From an uncultured Bacteroidota bacterium (GTDB taxonomy: Bacteria > Bacteroidota > Bacteroidia > Bacteroidales > UBA12481), in NCBI GenBank assembly GCA_903919065.1, contig CAIXHD010000345.1:19005-83004 (forward strand): a stretch of DNA of 64,000 nt. The letters run 5' to 3'. The notes below the pieces were generated by a model. It was not told the DNA's origin, ran no database searches, and saw only the letters and a list, made by a program, of their open reading frames with translations. The position numbers were made by a program, and so were the translations under genes. Positions 1 to 10,373 of the stretch are shown piece by piece; position 1 is the stretch's first letter; every line of letters begins with the position of its first letter.

Positions 1-1
1 T

Positions 2-1039
2 CATCTTGGCATTGCTACAGGGCTTTGTCTTTCTGAAGCCGCCACCACCTACCTTAAACCGGCTTATTCAAAGGCAATCCTGGGATCCGCCATGCTGGCC
101 TCAATATCTACCTCCCTCGCAGAGATTCTTGGGGGTGCAATAGCACTCAATATGCTTTTCCATATTCCCATCAGGGCAGGAGCCCTAATTGTGCTAGTTT
201 TTGTGATAATCATGCTGCTATCCAATTCATACCGGCTGATAGAAAAATGGATAATTGCTTTTGTTTCAATAATCGGACTTTCATTTATATATGAGTTAAG
301 CCTTGTAAATATCGATTGGGGACAAGCAACCATGGCATGGATTACACCCTCATTTCCACAAGGGTCCATGATCATCATTATGAGTGTTCTGGGAGCCGTA
401 GTTATGCCACATAACCTTTTCCTGCATTCCGAGGTGATACAAAGCCGACAATGGAATCTGAAGGATGACAAAATAATTAAGAAACAACTTGACTTCGAGC
501 TATTTGACACCCTGTTTTCAATGATTATCGGCTGGGCCATCAATAGCGCAATGATTTTGCTTGCTGCCGCCACTTTCTTTAAAACAAAAACTCCCATAAC
601 CGAATTGCAGCAGTCACATAAAATTTTGGAACCATTGCTCGGCGGTCAGGCATCAGTGATCTTTGCTGTGGCTCTGCTGTTTGCGGGAATAGCTTCAACC
701 ATAACTTCCGGAATGGCAGCCGGGTCCATCTTTGCAGGAATGTATAAGGAACCTTATGATATCAAAGATAACCACTCCAGATTAGGTGTAATTATATCAC
801 TTGTTTTAGCAACGAGTATCATATTTGTCATTTCTAATCCGTTCAATGGCCTCATTTTCTCCCAGATGCTGTTGAGTATGCAGCTTCCCTTTACTATCTT
901 TCTTCAAGTTTACCTGACTTCCTCCGATAAGGTAATGGGTAAATATAAAAATAGTCCGTCGACTCGGATAATCCTTTATGCAGTCGGTGGGATAGTTACT
1001 GCGCTTAATATAGCATTGCTTGTAAGCCTGTTTCTCTAA
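2..1039 (+). CDS. mntH: NRAMP-family divalent metal (Mn2+/Fe2+) transporter, N-terminus cut by window edge
   Basis: ORF 92..1039 stays open in frame back to nt 2 with no stop. Polytopic membrane protein with the Nramp-type stretch GAVVMPHNLFLHSEVIQSR. Confidence 0.85.
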   Translation, partial: HLGIATGLCLSEAATTYLKPAYSKAILGSAMLASISTSLAEILGGAIALNMLFHIPIRAGALIVLVFVIIMLLSNSYRLIEKWIIAFVSIIGLSFIYELSLVNIDWGQATMAWITPSFPQGSMIIIMSVLGAVVMPHNLFLHSEVIQSRQWNLKDDKIIKKQLDFELFDTLFSMIIGWAINSAMILLAAATFFKTKTPITELQQSHKILEPLLGGQASVIFAVALLFAGIASTITSGMAAGSIFAGMYKEPYDIKDNHSRLGVIISLVLATSIIFVISNPFNGLIFSQMLLSMQLPFTIFLQVYLTSSDKVMGKYKNSPSTRIILYAVGGIVTALNIALLVSLFL

Positions 1040-2901
1040 TTTTTTTCTTTTCTCCAGTAAATTGTGTACCGCTGGTCAAACAACTTGTAAAAAGGTACCA
1101 TTTGTACTGAGTCGGCACCTTGCACGGGAGCTTTGAAAATAAGATTATTAACATTTGTCCGATGAACCCAGGCAACCGGCAACCCGTTTGCAAGAAGATT
1201 TGGTATTTGCACTGGCTTATCTTCATAGGGCCCGTAATGGCCATAAGTTTTCTTTTCGTCTAATCCGGAATCACCTAATAACCCAGCCAATACAACCGGT
1301 CCATACAATACAGCACAAGTATCCGGAGAATCTGGCATACATTCCAGGTTAACTGACATAGGGAGAATCAGTGATATTTTATCTCCATTTCGCCAAATGC
1401 GACGTATTTTAAAATAGCTGGAGGGGTTCCCTGAATAATCTAAAAGCCTGTCATTCAAACTTATCTTGGGATCCGAAGCAACCCAACGGGGAATTCTCAG
1501 ATTCAATGAAAAAGACAGTGGTCTTTCCGATCGGATCAAGATTTCAACCTTTTCATTCTCTGGAAATCCGGTTACCAATTCAATGGAGAACCCAAGAGAA
1601 TCCAATTCCAATTTCGATGAAATATATTGATCTATAAAGAGTTGATCCTTATCAACAGAATAAATACTCTCGCCGGCTTTGGCAAAATTCTCAATACCGG
1701 TTCCAGTGCAGCACCAAAAAGAATTTTCCGGTGTTCCGAATGTTTTATAGAATCCAGGAGCCATAGGGACGTAATACATTGACATCCCCGTAACCGGATG
1801 CTGGGTTGGAAGAATCCCATTCCATAAGGCACGCTCATAAAAATCTGAAAAATTTGGATCGTGATTCCACTGCCACAGATACCTTGTGAGTTTCAACATA
1901 TTATAAGTACAGCAGCTTTCATGACTTGACGGTCCCAGCTCGCTGTGGATATGAAAATTATCAGATCCCCATATCTCTCCGTTACTGGTTCCCCCAGTGA
2001 CAAAAGACCTTGTCCCGGTTACGGTATTCCAAAAAAATTCAACAATCCTGCGATATGATTCATTTCCTGTAATTTCATAACCGCGGGCTAACCCTATCAC
2101 ATTGGGAATAAATGAATTAACATGCTGCCCCTTTAAGCTATCCTTATACACTGCAAGTGGTTTAAAATAGCTCTTCTGATAAAATTTTGAAGCAAGATCA
2201 AAATAATCCTGATTACCGGTAATGGCAAATAATTGGTACAACGCATCATTCATTCCACCCTGCTCAGTATGATCGAGCATGTCTTGCATCTGCATATCTG
2301 ACAGTTGAGAGCACCTCTTATTTATCCAATCGCTCATTTTACAGGCTACCTCAAGTGCTGTCGAATCTGCACACCATGTATAAGAATCAATTAATCCGGC
2401 CAGAATTTTATGAATTGTATAATAGGGTGCCCATACTTGTTTTATCGTCTCTACGCGATCTATAAATTCACGGGGAAAGGCGCTGAGGTATCCATCATTA
2501 TTGGCATCCTGACACAATTTCAACTCCCGGGTTAAATAACGAACACGCGTTAACATGGCAGTATCGCCTGTGGCAGCCCACATCATGGAACAGGCAGAAA
2601 GATAATGGCCGGTAAAATGGCCTCTTAACTCACGTTCTTCCCAGCCTTTATATCCTTCAGCTTTCGGCTCCAATCCGGCAGTTAACCTGAAGGTGGCCAA
2701 TAACCTGTCAGGATTCAGGCTTTTTAAATATTGCAGGTCTCTCTTTTGTGCATCATCAAAAGGCCCGGCCAATAATCTTACGTGGTTAATGCCTGTAATA
2801 TTTGGGTTGCCAAATGAAAATTCATTTACCGACTTTTCACTGCAACCAGTCATTGCAGCCAAAAATACAGCACAAATAATGGTTAGCCTGAAATTTTCCA
2901 T
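1036..2901 (-). CDS. Glycoside hydrolase family 127-like (beta-L-arabinofuranosidase/DUF1680) lipoprotein
   Basis: 621 aa. Lipoprotein signal (AAMTGCSEK). GH127-like stretches HFTGHYLSA and GGMNDALYQL. Putative Zn/catalytic residues HESCC and FWCCTGTG. Confidence 0.8.
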   Translation of the reverse strand: MENFRLTIICAVFLAAMTGCSEKSVNEFSFGNPNITGINHVRLLAGPFDDAQKRDLQYLKSLNPDRLLATFRLTAGLEPKAEGYKGWEERELRGHFTGHYLSACSMMWAATGDTAMLTRVRYLTRELKLCQDANNDGYLSAFPREFIDRVETIKQVWAPYYTIHKILAGLIDSYTWCADSTALEVACKMSDWINKRCSQLSDMQMQDMLDHTEQGGMNDALYQLFAITGNQDYFDLASKFYQKSYFKPLAVYKDSLKGQHVNSFIPNVIGLARGYEITGNESYRRIVEFFWNTVTGTRSFVTGGTSNGEIWGSDNFHIHSELGPSSHESCCTYNMLKLTRYLWQWNHDPNFSDFYERALWNGILPTQHPVTGMSMYYVPMAPGFYKTFGTPENSFWCCTGTGIENFAKAGESIYSVDKDQLFIDQYISSKLELDSLGFSIELVTGFPENEKVEILIRSERPLSFSLNLRIPRWVASDPKISLNDRLLDYSGNPSSYFKIRRIWRNGDKISLILPMSVNLECMPDSPDTCAVLYGPVVLAGLLGDSGLDEKKTYGHYGPYEDKPVQIPNLLANGLPVAWVHRTNVNNLIFKAPVQGADSVQMVPFYKLFDQRYTIYWRKEKN

Positions 2902-3017
2902 ACTGATGTTTATTTATTAAGTCTAAAATTAATTGTTTTTTCTACACTTATCCAAAGTATTGGAACTTGTCTCTGAATTGTTATTTTTATCTTATAAACT
3001 CATTAAATAACTTGGAA

Positions 3018-3590
3018 ATGTCGATTAGAGGAACCCAAACTGAGAATAATCTTCTCAAAGCATTTGCCGGGGAATCACAGGCAAAGAACCGTTATGAGTT
3101 TTTTGCCAAAGCGGCACGTAAAGAAGGATTTGAACAAATTGCAGCTTTGTTTGAGGAGACTGCCGAAAATGAGCAATCGCACGCCAAACAGTTCTTTAAG
3201 TTTATGGAAGGAGGCCCGGTTGAGATTACTGCCACTTACCCTGCCGGCAAAATTGGTACAACGGCTGAAAACCTGCTGGCCTCAGCCAACGGCGAAAAAG
3301 AAGAATGGACCGAACTATATCCTCATTTTGAGCTTATTGCACGCGAAGAAGGCTTTAAAGAAATCGCTAATATTTTTAAATTGATTGCCAGGATTGAAAA
3401 GGAACATGAAAAGCGGTTCAAAAAACTTCTCGAAAATATTGAGTCAGGCAGAGTTTTCGAACGCGAAGAAAAAGTTAGATGGAAATGTCGGAAATGCGGA
3501 TATATTCACGAAGGAACCAAAGCATTGGAAAATTGCCCCGCATGCAATCATCCAAAAAGTTACTTTGAAATAGAAGAATCCAATTACTAA
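3018..3590 (+). CDS. rbr: Rubrerythrin
   Basis: N-terminal ferritin-like diiron domain (TENNLLKAFAGESQAKNRYEFFA ... EKEHEKRF). C-terminal rubredoxin-like CRKCG...CPACNHP. ATG at 3018 preferred over the TTG at 2967 of the track ORF. Confidence 0.9.
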   Translation: MSIRGTQTENNLLKAFAGESQAKNRYEFFAKAARKEGFEQIAALFEETAENEQSHAKQFFKFMEGGPVEITATYPAGKIGTTAENLLASANGEKEEWTELYPHFELIAREEGFKEIANIFKLIARIEKEHEKRFKKLLENIESGRVFEREEKVRWKCRKCGYIHEGTKALENCPACNHPKSYFEIEESNY

Positions 3591-3607
3591 ACCATTAGAC
3601 GACCTTA

Positions 3608-5059
3608 ATGAAAATCCTCCTGACTGGTGCCACTGGCTATATTGGTCGAAGATTATTGCCTGCCCTACTCGAAAATGGACATGAAGTAATTTGCTGTGTC
3701 AGGGCTGGAAACCGGTTTCTCGAAGAATTTCAGCACCCGAACCTGAGTACCATAGAAGTTGATTTTCTGAAGACTGATGACACCTCGAAGTTGCCTCTTG
3801 ATATAGATGCCGCCTATTTTCTGATGCATTCGATGAATGTTTCAACAAAGAACTTTGAGAATCTCGAAAAATGCATTGCAATCAATTTCGTCCAATACAT
3901 AAACAATAGTAAAGCTCATCAAATCATATATTTAAGTGGCCTTGTACCCTCTTCCGGGGAGCTTTCATCGCACCTCCGTTCACGCTGGGAGGTTGAAAAG
4001 ATACTCGCCCTGAGCACTGTGCCGGCAACCATCCTGCGTGCTGGTATTGTGGTCGGTTCAGGAAGTGCATCGTTCGAAATTATCCGTGATCTTTCAGAGA
4101 AGCTCCCAATAATGATCGCTCCCGGATGGTTAAATAACAGATGTCAGCCGATTGGTATTAGAAATGTCATCCAATATTTGATTGGAACACTTGGACATCC
4201 GAACTGTTTTGGTAAAACATTTGATATCGGAGGACCGGAAATCCTTACCTATAAAGAAATGATTCTGGGATATGCCAGGGTAAGGAACTTAAAGCGGCGG
4301 ATTTTAACCCTTCCCTATATTAGTCCGAAACTATCCTCCTACTGGCTATTTTTTATTACCACAACTTCATATAAACTAGCAGCCAACCTGGTTGAAAGCA
4401 TGAAATCAGATTTGATATGCAAGAACAATAATCTTGAAGTTCTTCTTGGGATTGACTCCATAACTTATGATCAGGCAATTGTTTTAGCATTCGCCAAGAT
4501 TGAGCAAAACCTGGTGCTTTCAAGCTGGAAAGATGCTTTGAATGATCCAGGATTGTTAAAACGCATGACAGGTTTCATTGAAGTACCGAAATTTGGAACA
4601 TTTCTCAATGAACAAATTGTAATCATCGGTCCCGATTATAAAAATTCCCTTTCCAACCTATGGTCAGTAGGAGGTGATAAAGGATGGTATTATGCCAACT
4701 GGATCTGGCGAATTCGAGGCACCATTGACCGCCTTGTTGGTGGAGTTGGGCTGCGGCGGGGCAGAACTCATCCATGGCAAATCCATCCAGGCGATGCATT
4801 GGATTTTTGGCGGGTGCTTATTGCTGACCGCACAAGTCGCAGACTTTTGCTGTTTGCCGAAATGAAACTACCAGGAGAAGCATGGCTTGAATTCAGTATT
4901 CAAGAAGGCAAACATGGATTTGAACTTCATCAGGTAGCAACTTTCAGGCCCAGTGGAATCACAGGAAGGCTTTATTGGTATTTGCTTTGGCCGATCCACA
5001 GTTTGATCTTTGTTAATATGTCTAAAAGAATCGCTCGCACAGAAAGTCCTATTCTATGA
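3608..5059 (+). CDS. NAD(P)-binding SDR/epimerase-like protein with C-terminal DUF2867-like domain
   Basis: N-terminal Rossmann motif MKILLTGATGYIGRRL. 483 aa with a long Trp/Arg-rich C-terminal extension typical of this two-domain architecture. Confidence 0.7.
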   Translation: MKILLTGATGYIGRRLLPALLENGHEVICCVRAGNRFLEEFQHPNLSTIEVDFLKTDDTSKLPLDIDAAYFLMHSMNVSTKNFENLEKCIAINFVQYINNSKAHQIIYLSGLVPSSGELSSHLRSRWEVEKILALSTVPATILRAGIVVGSGSASFEIIRDLSEKLPIMIAPGWLNNRCQPIGIRNVIQYLIGTLGHPNCFGKTFDIGGPEILTYKEMILGYARVRNLKRRILTLPYISPKLSSYWLFFITTTSYKLAANLVESMKSDLICKNNNLEVLLGIDSITYDQAIVLAFAKIEQNLVLSSWKDALNDPGLLKRMTGFIEVPKFGTFLNEQIVIIGPDYKNSLSNLWSVGGDKGWYYANWIWRIRGTIDRLVGGVGLRRGRTHPWQIHPGDALDFWRVLIADRTSRRLLLFAEMKLPGEAWLEFSIQEGKHGFELHQVATFRPSGITGRLYWYLLWPIHSLIFVNMSKRIARTESPIL

Positions 5060-7712
5060 GCGGGTCAGGAAAGCTCATTGTAAAGGTAGTCCCAAAGCCG
5101 GGATTACTTTCCACTTTGATAGTACCACCGGAGATTTCAACAAATTTTCTTGTCAGGGATAAACCCAGCCCAGTCCCTTCATAATTTCTTTTTATGCCTT
5201 CGCTCACCTGCCTGAAATCCTCAAATATCTTATTTTGATACTTCTCAGGAATGCCTATTCCTGTATCCGAAACTCGAATCAGACCAAAACGCTTTTCTTT
5301 TACAGTTTCGATGGCAGTTGAAATGGTGATACCTCCATGGTCTGTAAACTTTATTGCATTACTAATAAGATTAGTCAATGAACTTCTGAATAGCTGAACA
5401 TCAATTTGAATAATCAACGGAGGTCCACCGAGCTGGCGTTCAATAAACAAACCCTTTTTCTTTCCATTTGGGGCAAATAGAATTATCACATCGTCGATAA
5501 CCCTGTTAATATTGACAGTTTCAATGTTAAATTCCATATTTCCTGACTCAACCCGCGATAAATCCAGGATTTGGCTGAGAGTCTGCAATAACCGATTTCC
5601 ACTGGATAAGATAATTTCCGAATATTTCAGAATATCTACATTATCTGATTCAGCTTGAATAAGCTCTGCAAATCCCAGAACGCCACTCAAAGGTGTACGA
5701 ATCTCATGGCTCATATGAGCAAGAAAAGTCGATTTAACCTGATTGGCCTCTTCAGCGGTCTCCTTTGCTAAAATCAATTCCTCATTGGCTGCTTTTCTTT
5801 TTATTACACTGGCAAAAACCTGGCCTAATACCTGAAGCAACGAAATCTCATCTTTATTCCATGATCTGAATTCATTAACAGAATCGAATCCGGCAAATCC
5901 AAGTAACTCACCTCTGATCTGAATCGGAACTATGATCAGGGATTTAATATCCTGAGATTCCAGCATTTCCTGTTCTGAAATCCAGTCCGGAGTTAGCTCT
6001 GAGACATTAGGGATGTAAATAATCTCAGACCTTGTTAACTTTTCCATCCATCTGGGAATCTTTTCGATACTAATGGTTTGGTAATTCTTAAACGGCTTTT
6101 TAAGTCCTGGTGAACACCACTCATGAGTATTGGTCATGGTCTTTTGATCAAAATCAAAGCGAAAAATATAAGCCCTGTTTACCTTACAATAGGACCCGAG
6201 GCTCATTAATGCTCTATTGAAAGTGCCATCAATATCATTTAATTCCGTATTTAGAAAATCTAATTCCAGGGCAATAAGCATGGTCTCAAATGCTTCCCTG
6301 TTCACAATCTGCCTATCCGCTTCAAATCTTTCAGTATAATCTTCAATTATCCCTACCCCACCCCTGATTTGTCCTTCTTTTGACGTTATGGGAGCAAAAA
6401 ATCCACGTACCGGTGTAACCTTACTGGCTGTCACTGAATGGTATTCATGTTCGTAATACCCTATAATGCCATTCAAGGAATCTGATACTGCTTTTACCAA
6501 AATCTCATCTGGTAAAGAAAGCATACTAAGGCCGACAAGGAGTTCTCTTGAAGATCCGATTACCTGAACGAAAGCATCGTTACACATGGTAATTTTACCA
6601 GTAGTATCATATTGGATAACACCCACAGGAGTATTCTCGAAAATCACCCGGTACTTTTCCTCACTCTCCCTCAAATTATCAAGCAAAAAAACTTGATCCG
6701 TGATTTCATGAAATACAATGATTATTCCTAACCGACGGTTCCGCTGGGTATTGACACTTGAGTTTGTCACTACAAATGACCGCTTAACATTGTCGATATG
6801 GAATCTAACCTGAATTCGATTATTATCCGCTCCCTGGATCAGGTTGATGATTATCGGATATTTTTCGAAAATCCGGTTTGCTGGTTTGCCAAATGAATCC
6901 TTAGTCAAGGTTTTAAACAAATTCTCTGCAGCCTTATTAAAATCTATTAAGTTCATTTGATTATCGAGGATGAAAACAGCATCTCTAAATGATTGATATA
7001 CTGCTTCCCTGGCTCTTGGTAAAAAGAATACCACATAATTACCGAAAACACCCCAGGCAAAAAGCGGAGCTGTCAGAAGGAATCCAAACGGGCTGATATC
7101 CAATCCTTTTGAGAAACCCAGCTGGTATAGCAAATGTGCAATCCAAGGGCCGAGAGATGCCAGAATCATTATCCAGGCTTGTCTGCGCTCAATAATATCC
7201 TTTCTCAATTTCGAGGCAAATAGGCTCAATGATACCAGCAAGCCAAGGTTCAGATAAATAATATTCAAATAGTACCAAAAACCCCTCGTAATATTCAATT
7301 CACTATAAGGCACATTTTGATTCAGGTCACCAATGCTGGTATAAAAAAGATGATGCCATTCATTTGTGTAATATACCAGCAGGTTAAGCACCGGAAATAG
7401 TAGGTACACCCGCAAAGGCCATAATTTCAACCAACTGTCATTACCGGCTAACCTAATCGCTAATAATATGCATAAAGAAGGGATAGTTGAGATTCCGATA
7501 TATTCTATCTTTAACCAAAACAATATTTCGGCTTTACCAGGTGCTAAAAGTTCAAATCCAAATCCGCCTATATAAAATGTTAACGATACCATTAACAGGC
7601 AAAATTCCAGGGCTCCACGCACTTTGATATTGGCAAATGCATAGACAGCAAGGCCTGCAGTAATGGCAGCTACGAGGAAGAGAGCAAGATTAATTAACGG
7701 TATTTCAAGCAT
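5049..7712 (-). CDS. Sensor histidine kinase (N-terminal multi-TM sensor, PAS/GAF-like middle, HisKA + HATPase_c)
   Basis: About 7 N-terminal hydrophobic helices. H-box SHEIRTPLSG. N/G boxes NLISNAIKFT, DTGIGIP, GTGLGLS. No receiver domain. Confidence 0.85.
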   Translation of the reverse strand: MLEIPLINLALFLVAAITAGLAVYAFANIKVRGALEFCLLMVSLTFYIGGFGFELLAPGKAEILFWLKIEYIGISTIPSLCILLAIRLAGNDSWLKLWPLRVYLLFPVLNLLVYYTNEWHHLFYTSIGDLNQNVPYSELNITRGFWYYLNIIYLNLGLLVSLSLFASKLRKDIIERRQAWIMILASLGPWIAHLLYQLGFSKGLDISPFGFLLTAPLFAWGVFGNYVVFFLPRAREAVYQSFRDAVFILDNQMNLIDFNKAAENLFKTLTKDSFGKPANRIFEKYPIIINLIQGADNNRIQVRFHIDNVKRSFVVTNSSVNTQRNRRLGIIIVFHEITDQVFLLDNLRESEEKYRVIFENTPVGVIQYDTTGKITMCNDAFVQVIGSSRELLVGLSMLSLPDEILVKAVSDSLNGIIGYYEHEYHSVTASKVTPVRGFFAPITSKEGQIRGGVGIIEDYTERFEADRQIVNREAFETMLIALELDFLNTELNDIDGTFNRALMSLGSYCKVNRAYIFRFDFDQKTMTNTHEWCSPGLKKPFKNYQTISIEKIPRWMEKLTRSEIIYIPNVSELTPDWISEQEMLESQDIKSLIIVPIQIRGELLGFAGFDSVNEFRSWNKDEISLLQVLGQVFASVIKRKAANEELILAKETAEEANQVKSTFLAHMSHEIRTPLSGVLGFAELIQAESDNVDILKYSEIILSSGNRLLQTLSQILDLSRVESGNMEFNIETVNINRVIDDVIILFAPNGKKKGLFIERQLGGPPLIIQIDVQLFRSSLTNLISNAIKFTDHGGITISTAIETVKEKRFGLIRVSDTGIGIPEKYQNKIFEDFRQVSEGIKRNYEGTGLGLSLTRKFVEISGGTIKVESNPGFGTTFTMSFPDPLIE

Positions 7713-7753
7713 GTAAGACTGATTCTGAGATAAATCTAATTATATTTTTCAAA

Positions 7754-8773
7754 ATGACGAAACGTGAAATTATCAGGCTAACCCTTGAAGGAGGAATTCC
7801 TCCGTATGTCCCTTGGTCTTTTAAATTCACAAAGGAACCTGCAAAATTGCTTTTTGACCACTTTGGGGTTAAGGACCTTGATTTCTCTGTTGGGAATCAC
7901 ATTCTCAATCTCGGCAGCGATATTGGATTTTTCGAAGAATTACCAGATTGCAGATTTCAGGATGTTTTCGGCGTCATTTGGGATCGTTCTGTAGACAAAG
8001 ATATTGGAGTTCCGGTTGAACCGGTACTTCGGCAGCCAACACTCACCGGTTATGAGTTCCCTGACCCGGAAGATCCACGGTTCTTTAAGAATATCGAATC
8101 AGAAATATTTGCAAAGCCGGAACTTTTCAGGGTATACCAAATAGGTTTTAGTCTTTTTGAAAGAGCCTGGACGCTGCGCGGAATGGAAAACTTCTTGATG
8201 GACCTTTATCTTAACCCAGAATTCGCCCATGAATTACTTAGGAGGATTGCTGATTACAATATTGTACAAATAACCAAAGCCTTATCATACGATATTGATG
8301 CCGTTTATTTCGGAGATGATTGGGGACAGCAAAACGGCTTGATAATGGGGTATGACCTTTGGAAAGAGTTTATCCATCCCCAGCTTAAGCGTATGTACAA
8401 AGAAGTAAAACAGGCTGGAAAATTCGTAATGATTCATAGTTGCGGAGATGTTGATGAACTATTTCCAGATCTTATCAACGCTGGAGTTAACTGCTTTAAC
8501 CCATTCCAGCCTGAAGTAATGAATATTGATACGCTGATGGCAGAATACCACAACCAGCTTTGTTTCCATGGGGGATTGTCGATCCAGAGGATTTTACCTT
8601 TTGGTACCCGATTGGAGGTGATTGAAGAAACTACCAGATTGATTAGCCTCGGTAAAAACGGAGGCTTAATCCTTTCTCCATCGCATTCCGTTGAAAGCGA
8701 TACACCTTTTGAAAATATCCTGGCATTTATCCAGGTAGCTCAAAATCAGCCAGGTTATCTTAACCAAACCTGA
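7754..8773 (+). CDS. Uroporphyrinogen decarboxylase (URO-D) family protein, MtaA/CmuA-like
   Basis: 339 aa. URO-D-family-like C-terminal half (FGDDWGQQNGLIM, MIHSCGDV, FNPFQPEV). Specific function not assignable. Confidence 0.65.
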   Translation: MTKREIIRLTLEGGIPPYVPWSFKFTKEPAKLLFDHFGVKDLDFSVGNHILNLGSDIGFFEELPDCRFQDVFGVIWDRSVDKDIGVPVEPVLRQPTLTGYEFPDPEDPRFFKNIESEIFAKPELFRVYQIGFSLFERAWTLRGMENFLMDLYLNPEFAHELLRRIADYNIVQITKALSYDIDAVYFGDDWGQQNGLIMGYDLWKEFIHPQLKRMYKEVKQAGKFVMIHSCGDVDELFPDLINAGVNCFNPFQPEVMNIDTLMAEYHNQLCFHGGLSIQRILPFGTRLEVIEETTRLISLGKNGGLILSPSHSVESDTPFENILAFIQVAQNQPGYLNQT

Positions 8774-8774
8774 A

Positions 8775-9407
8775 TCAGAGCAATCTCCAGCCTAATGAGC
8801 AATAAAACATATTCCGCAAACCAAAATCATCGAGTGAGGGTACTGTCAGGAATTTATCGACACCAAACTGATAACCGACATCAAAAGTGAACATAAGCAC
8901 ATCCAATCCTGCACCAATTTGTGCCGACCAAACCGGATCCTTAAAATCCTCTCGTGTGACTTTTTCTGTTTCATTTAAACCATTAACGGTTAATGAGAAT
9001 TCTTTGCTTAATAGAAATGATGCAACAGGACCAGCCCAGACCCTTAATCTTGCGACCTTTAGATCCAGCAACTTGTAACCTAATATAATTGGCACATCAA
9101 CCGACGAAAGGCTGACCGCCTGTTGAATGTCAAGCGATGAGCCCGGATTTAAAGGATCGATCGAACTGTGAAGGGCTCCGCGCTTCAAACTAAAGTAGGC
9201 TTCAGGTTGAATATAAAGTTTCTTAAGATAAAGACTGAAAAAGAGTCCGCCCTGAAATCCGCTTTTTAAATCGTTAACATATTCTTTATAGTCGGTGGTT
9301 AGTTTTGTAGAGTTCCAACCGACTTTTGGACCGAAACTGATCAGCCCCTGAGCAAATATCCCGCAAGGAATAAGGCTCAAAACCAAAACCGATAAGATCT
9401 TTTTCAT
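8775..9407 (-). CDS. Outer-membrane beta-barrel (porin-family/PorT-like) protein
   Basis: Signal peptide (ends FAQG), alternating beta-strand pattern, C-terminal aromatic-rich strand. Confidence 0.55.
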   Translation of the reverse strand: MKKILSVLVLSLIPCGIFAQGLISFGPKVGWNSTKLTTDYKEYVNDLKSGFQGGLFFSLYLKKLYIQPEAYFSLKRGALHSSIDPLNPGSSLDIQQAVSLSSVDVPIILGYKLLDLKVARLRVWAGPVASFLLSKEFSLTVNGLNETEKVTREDFKDPVWSAQIGAGLDVLMFTFDVGYQFGVDKFLTVPSLDDFGLRNMFYCSLGWRLL

Positions 9408-9428
9408 ATCATAACAATTTAACAGATG

Positions 9429-10313
9429 TCAGTGCTCACTATTCGAAGTCAATCCTATCTGGAACCCGGCTCTTATACTCTGGAAAGGATAATCCATCAA
9501 CCCTTTCTCATAACCGGCAACCAGTGCAGCTTCTCCAATTTTATAGCCTAAATCTACCCGATAAACCAATGGTTGATCACCGTTTTTCATATAACCTGAA
9601 TATCCTCTTAGCGATTGGTTTATGAAAAAATCTTTAAAATCAAAGTCTATGCCACAACCATATAATAACGCATCATTTTGCGGATAATTATTCAAATAAG
9701 TTTGCCAGCAATAGAATCCAACTTCGGCATACCATCTGACATGCCTGAAAAATCCCAAATTCCTTCCGTAAGTATCTCCAAAAGAAGCATCCAGATAATA
9801 GCCCGGCGTATCTATATAACGGGCATTTTCTCTTTGAGTACCGCTTGCTGTTCTGCAAGACATAGCTACTGAAAGATCAGGCAGGTATGCATGATCTTTG
9901 ACTAATTGAATTACTGTACCAAAGTAAACATCACCGAATGAATGTCCCTCAACCGCTTCTCCACTGCTGGTTCTCCTTTTATGGCTGACAACTGAGTCCA
10001 TTGCAAAGATCTCAAAGGGAACATACTTAAACTCCAGCCCTATTCGGCCTTGTGCAGCAGGAACTATTATGTGAATATTAAAATCATGAGTTTTGTCTCC
10101 CGGGCCGGAATAAAATTCATATTCTCCTGACCAATAGAATCTATCAGGGATAACTGCCTTATGAAGGAGAGGAACAGGCAGTGCGTTCGGACCAAGAAAA
10201 GCAGGTGAGGTAATCAGAACATGAGGATCAGCAGGATAATATTTATTCTGTGCAGATATTCCAATTGGACACAAGATCATGATCAGTGCCAACTTCAACA
10301 ATTTCCTTGACAT
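9429..10313 (-). CDS. Hypothetical secreted/outer-membrane protein
   Basis: Signal peptide (ILCPIGISAQ), beta-rich Tyr/Gly-rich sequence, no recognisable catalytic motif. Confidence 0.45.
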   Translation of the reverse strand: MSRKLLKLALIMILCPIGISAQNKYYPADPHVLITSPAFLGPNALPVPLLHKAVIPDRFYWSGEYEFYSGPGDKTHDFNIHIIVPAAQGRIGLEFKYVPFEIFAMDSVVSHKRRTSSGEAVEGHSFGDVYFGTVIQLVKDHAYLPDLSVAMSCRTASGTQRENARYIDTPGYYLDASFGDTYGRNLGFFRHVRWYAEVGFYCWQTYLNNYPQNDALLYGCGIDFDFKDFFINQSLRGYSGYMKNGDQPLVYRVDLGYKIGEAALVAGYEKGLMDYPFQSIRAGFQIGLTSNSEH

Positions 10314-10365
10314 TATTTCTCCCTCTGGTCTTTTCGTAAAGATACCGCCTTCATTGTAATTTATG

Positions 10366-10373
10366 TATTTTTG
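10366..10373 (+). promoter_or_regulatory. Bacteroidetes-type -7 box (TATTTTTG) upstream of rarA
   Basis: Matches TAnnTTTG 18 nt before the ATG at 10391. Such 8-mers also occur by chance in AT-rich spacers. Confidence 0.3.

Noticed and set aside
64-597. 177-aa minus-strand ORF
   Set aside because: It is antisense to the Nramp transporter gene, which has family motifs and continues to the window edge.
2967-3017. N-terminal extensions of track ORFs (2967, 19638, 30442, 32855, 46369, 56036, 30416)
   Set aside because: The extensions start at TTG/GTG or upstream ATG codons. They overlap neighbouring genes or promoter boxes. They add residues before the obvious family N-terminus or signal peptide, so internal ATG starts were preferred.
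2902-3017. Possible PerR/Fur-type operator upstream of rubrerythrin (TTATAAACTCATTAAATAA, and AATTAATT palindrome)
   Set aside because: It does not form a convincing inverted repeat matching a 7-1-7 PerR/Fur box. Short AT palindromes are expected by chance in this AT-rich spacer.
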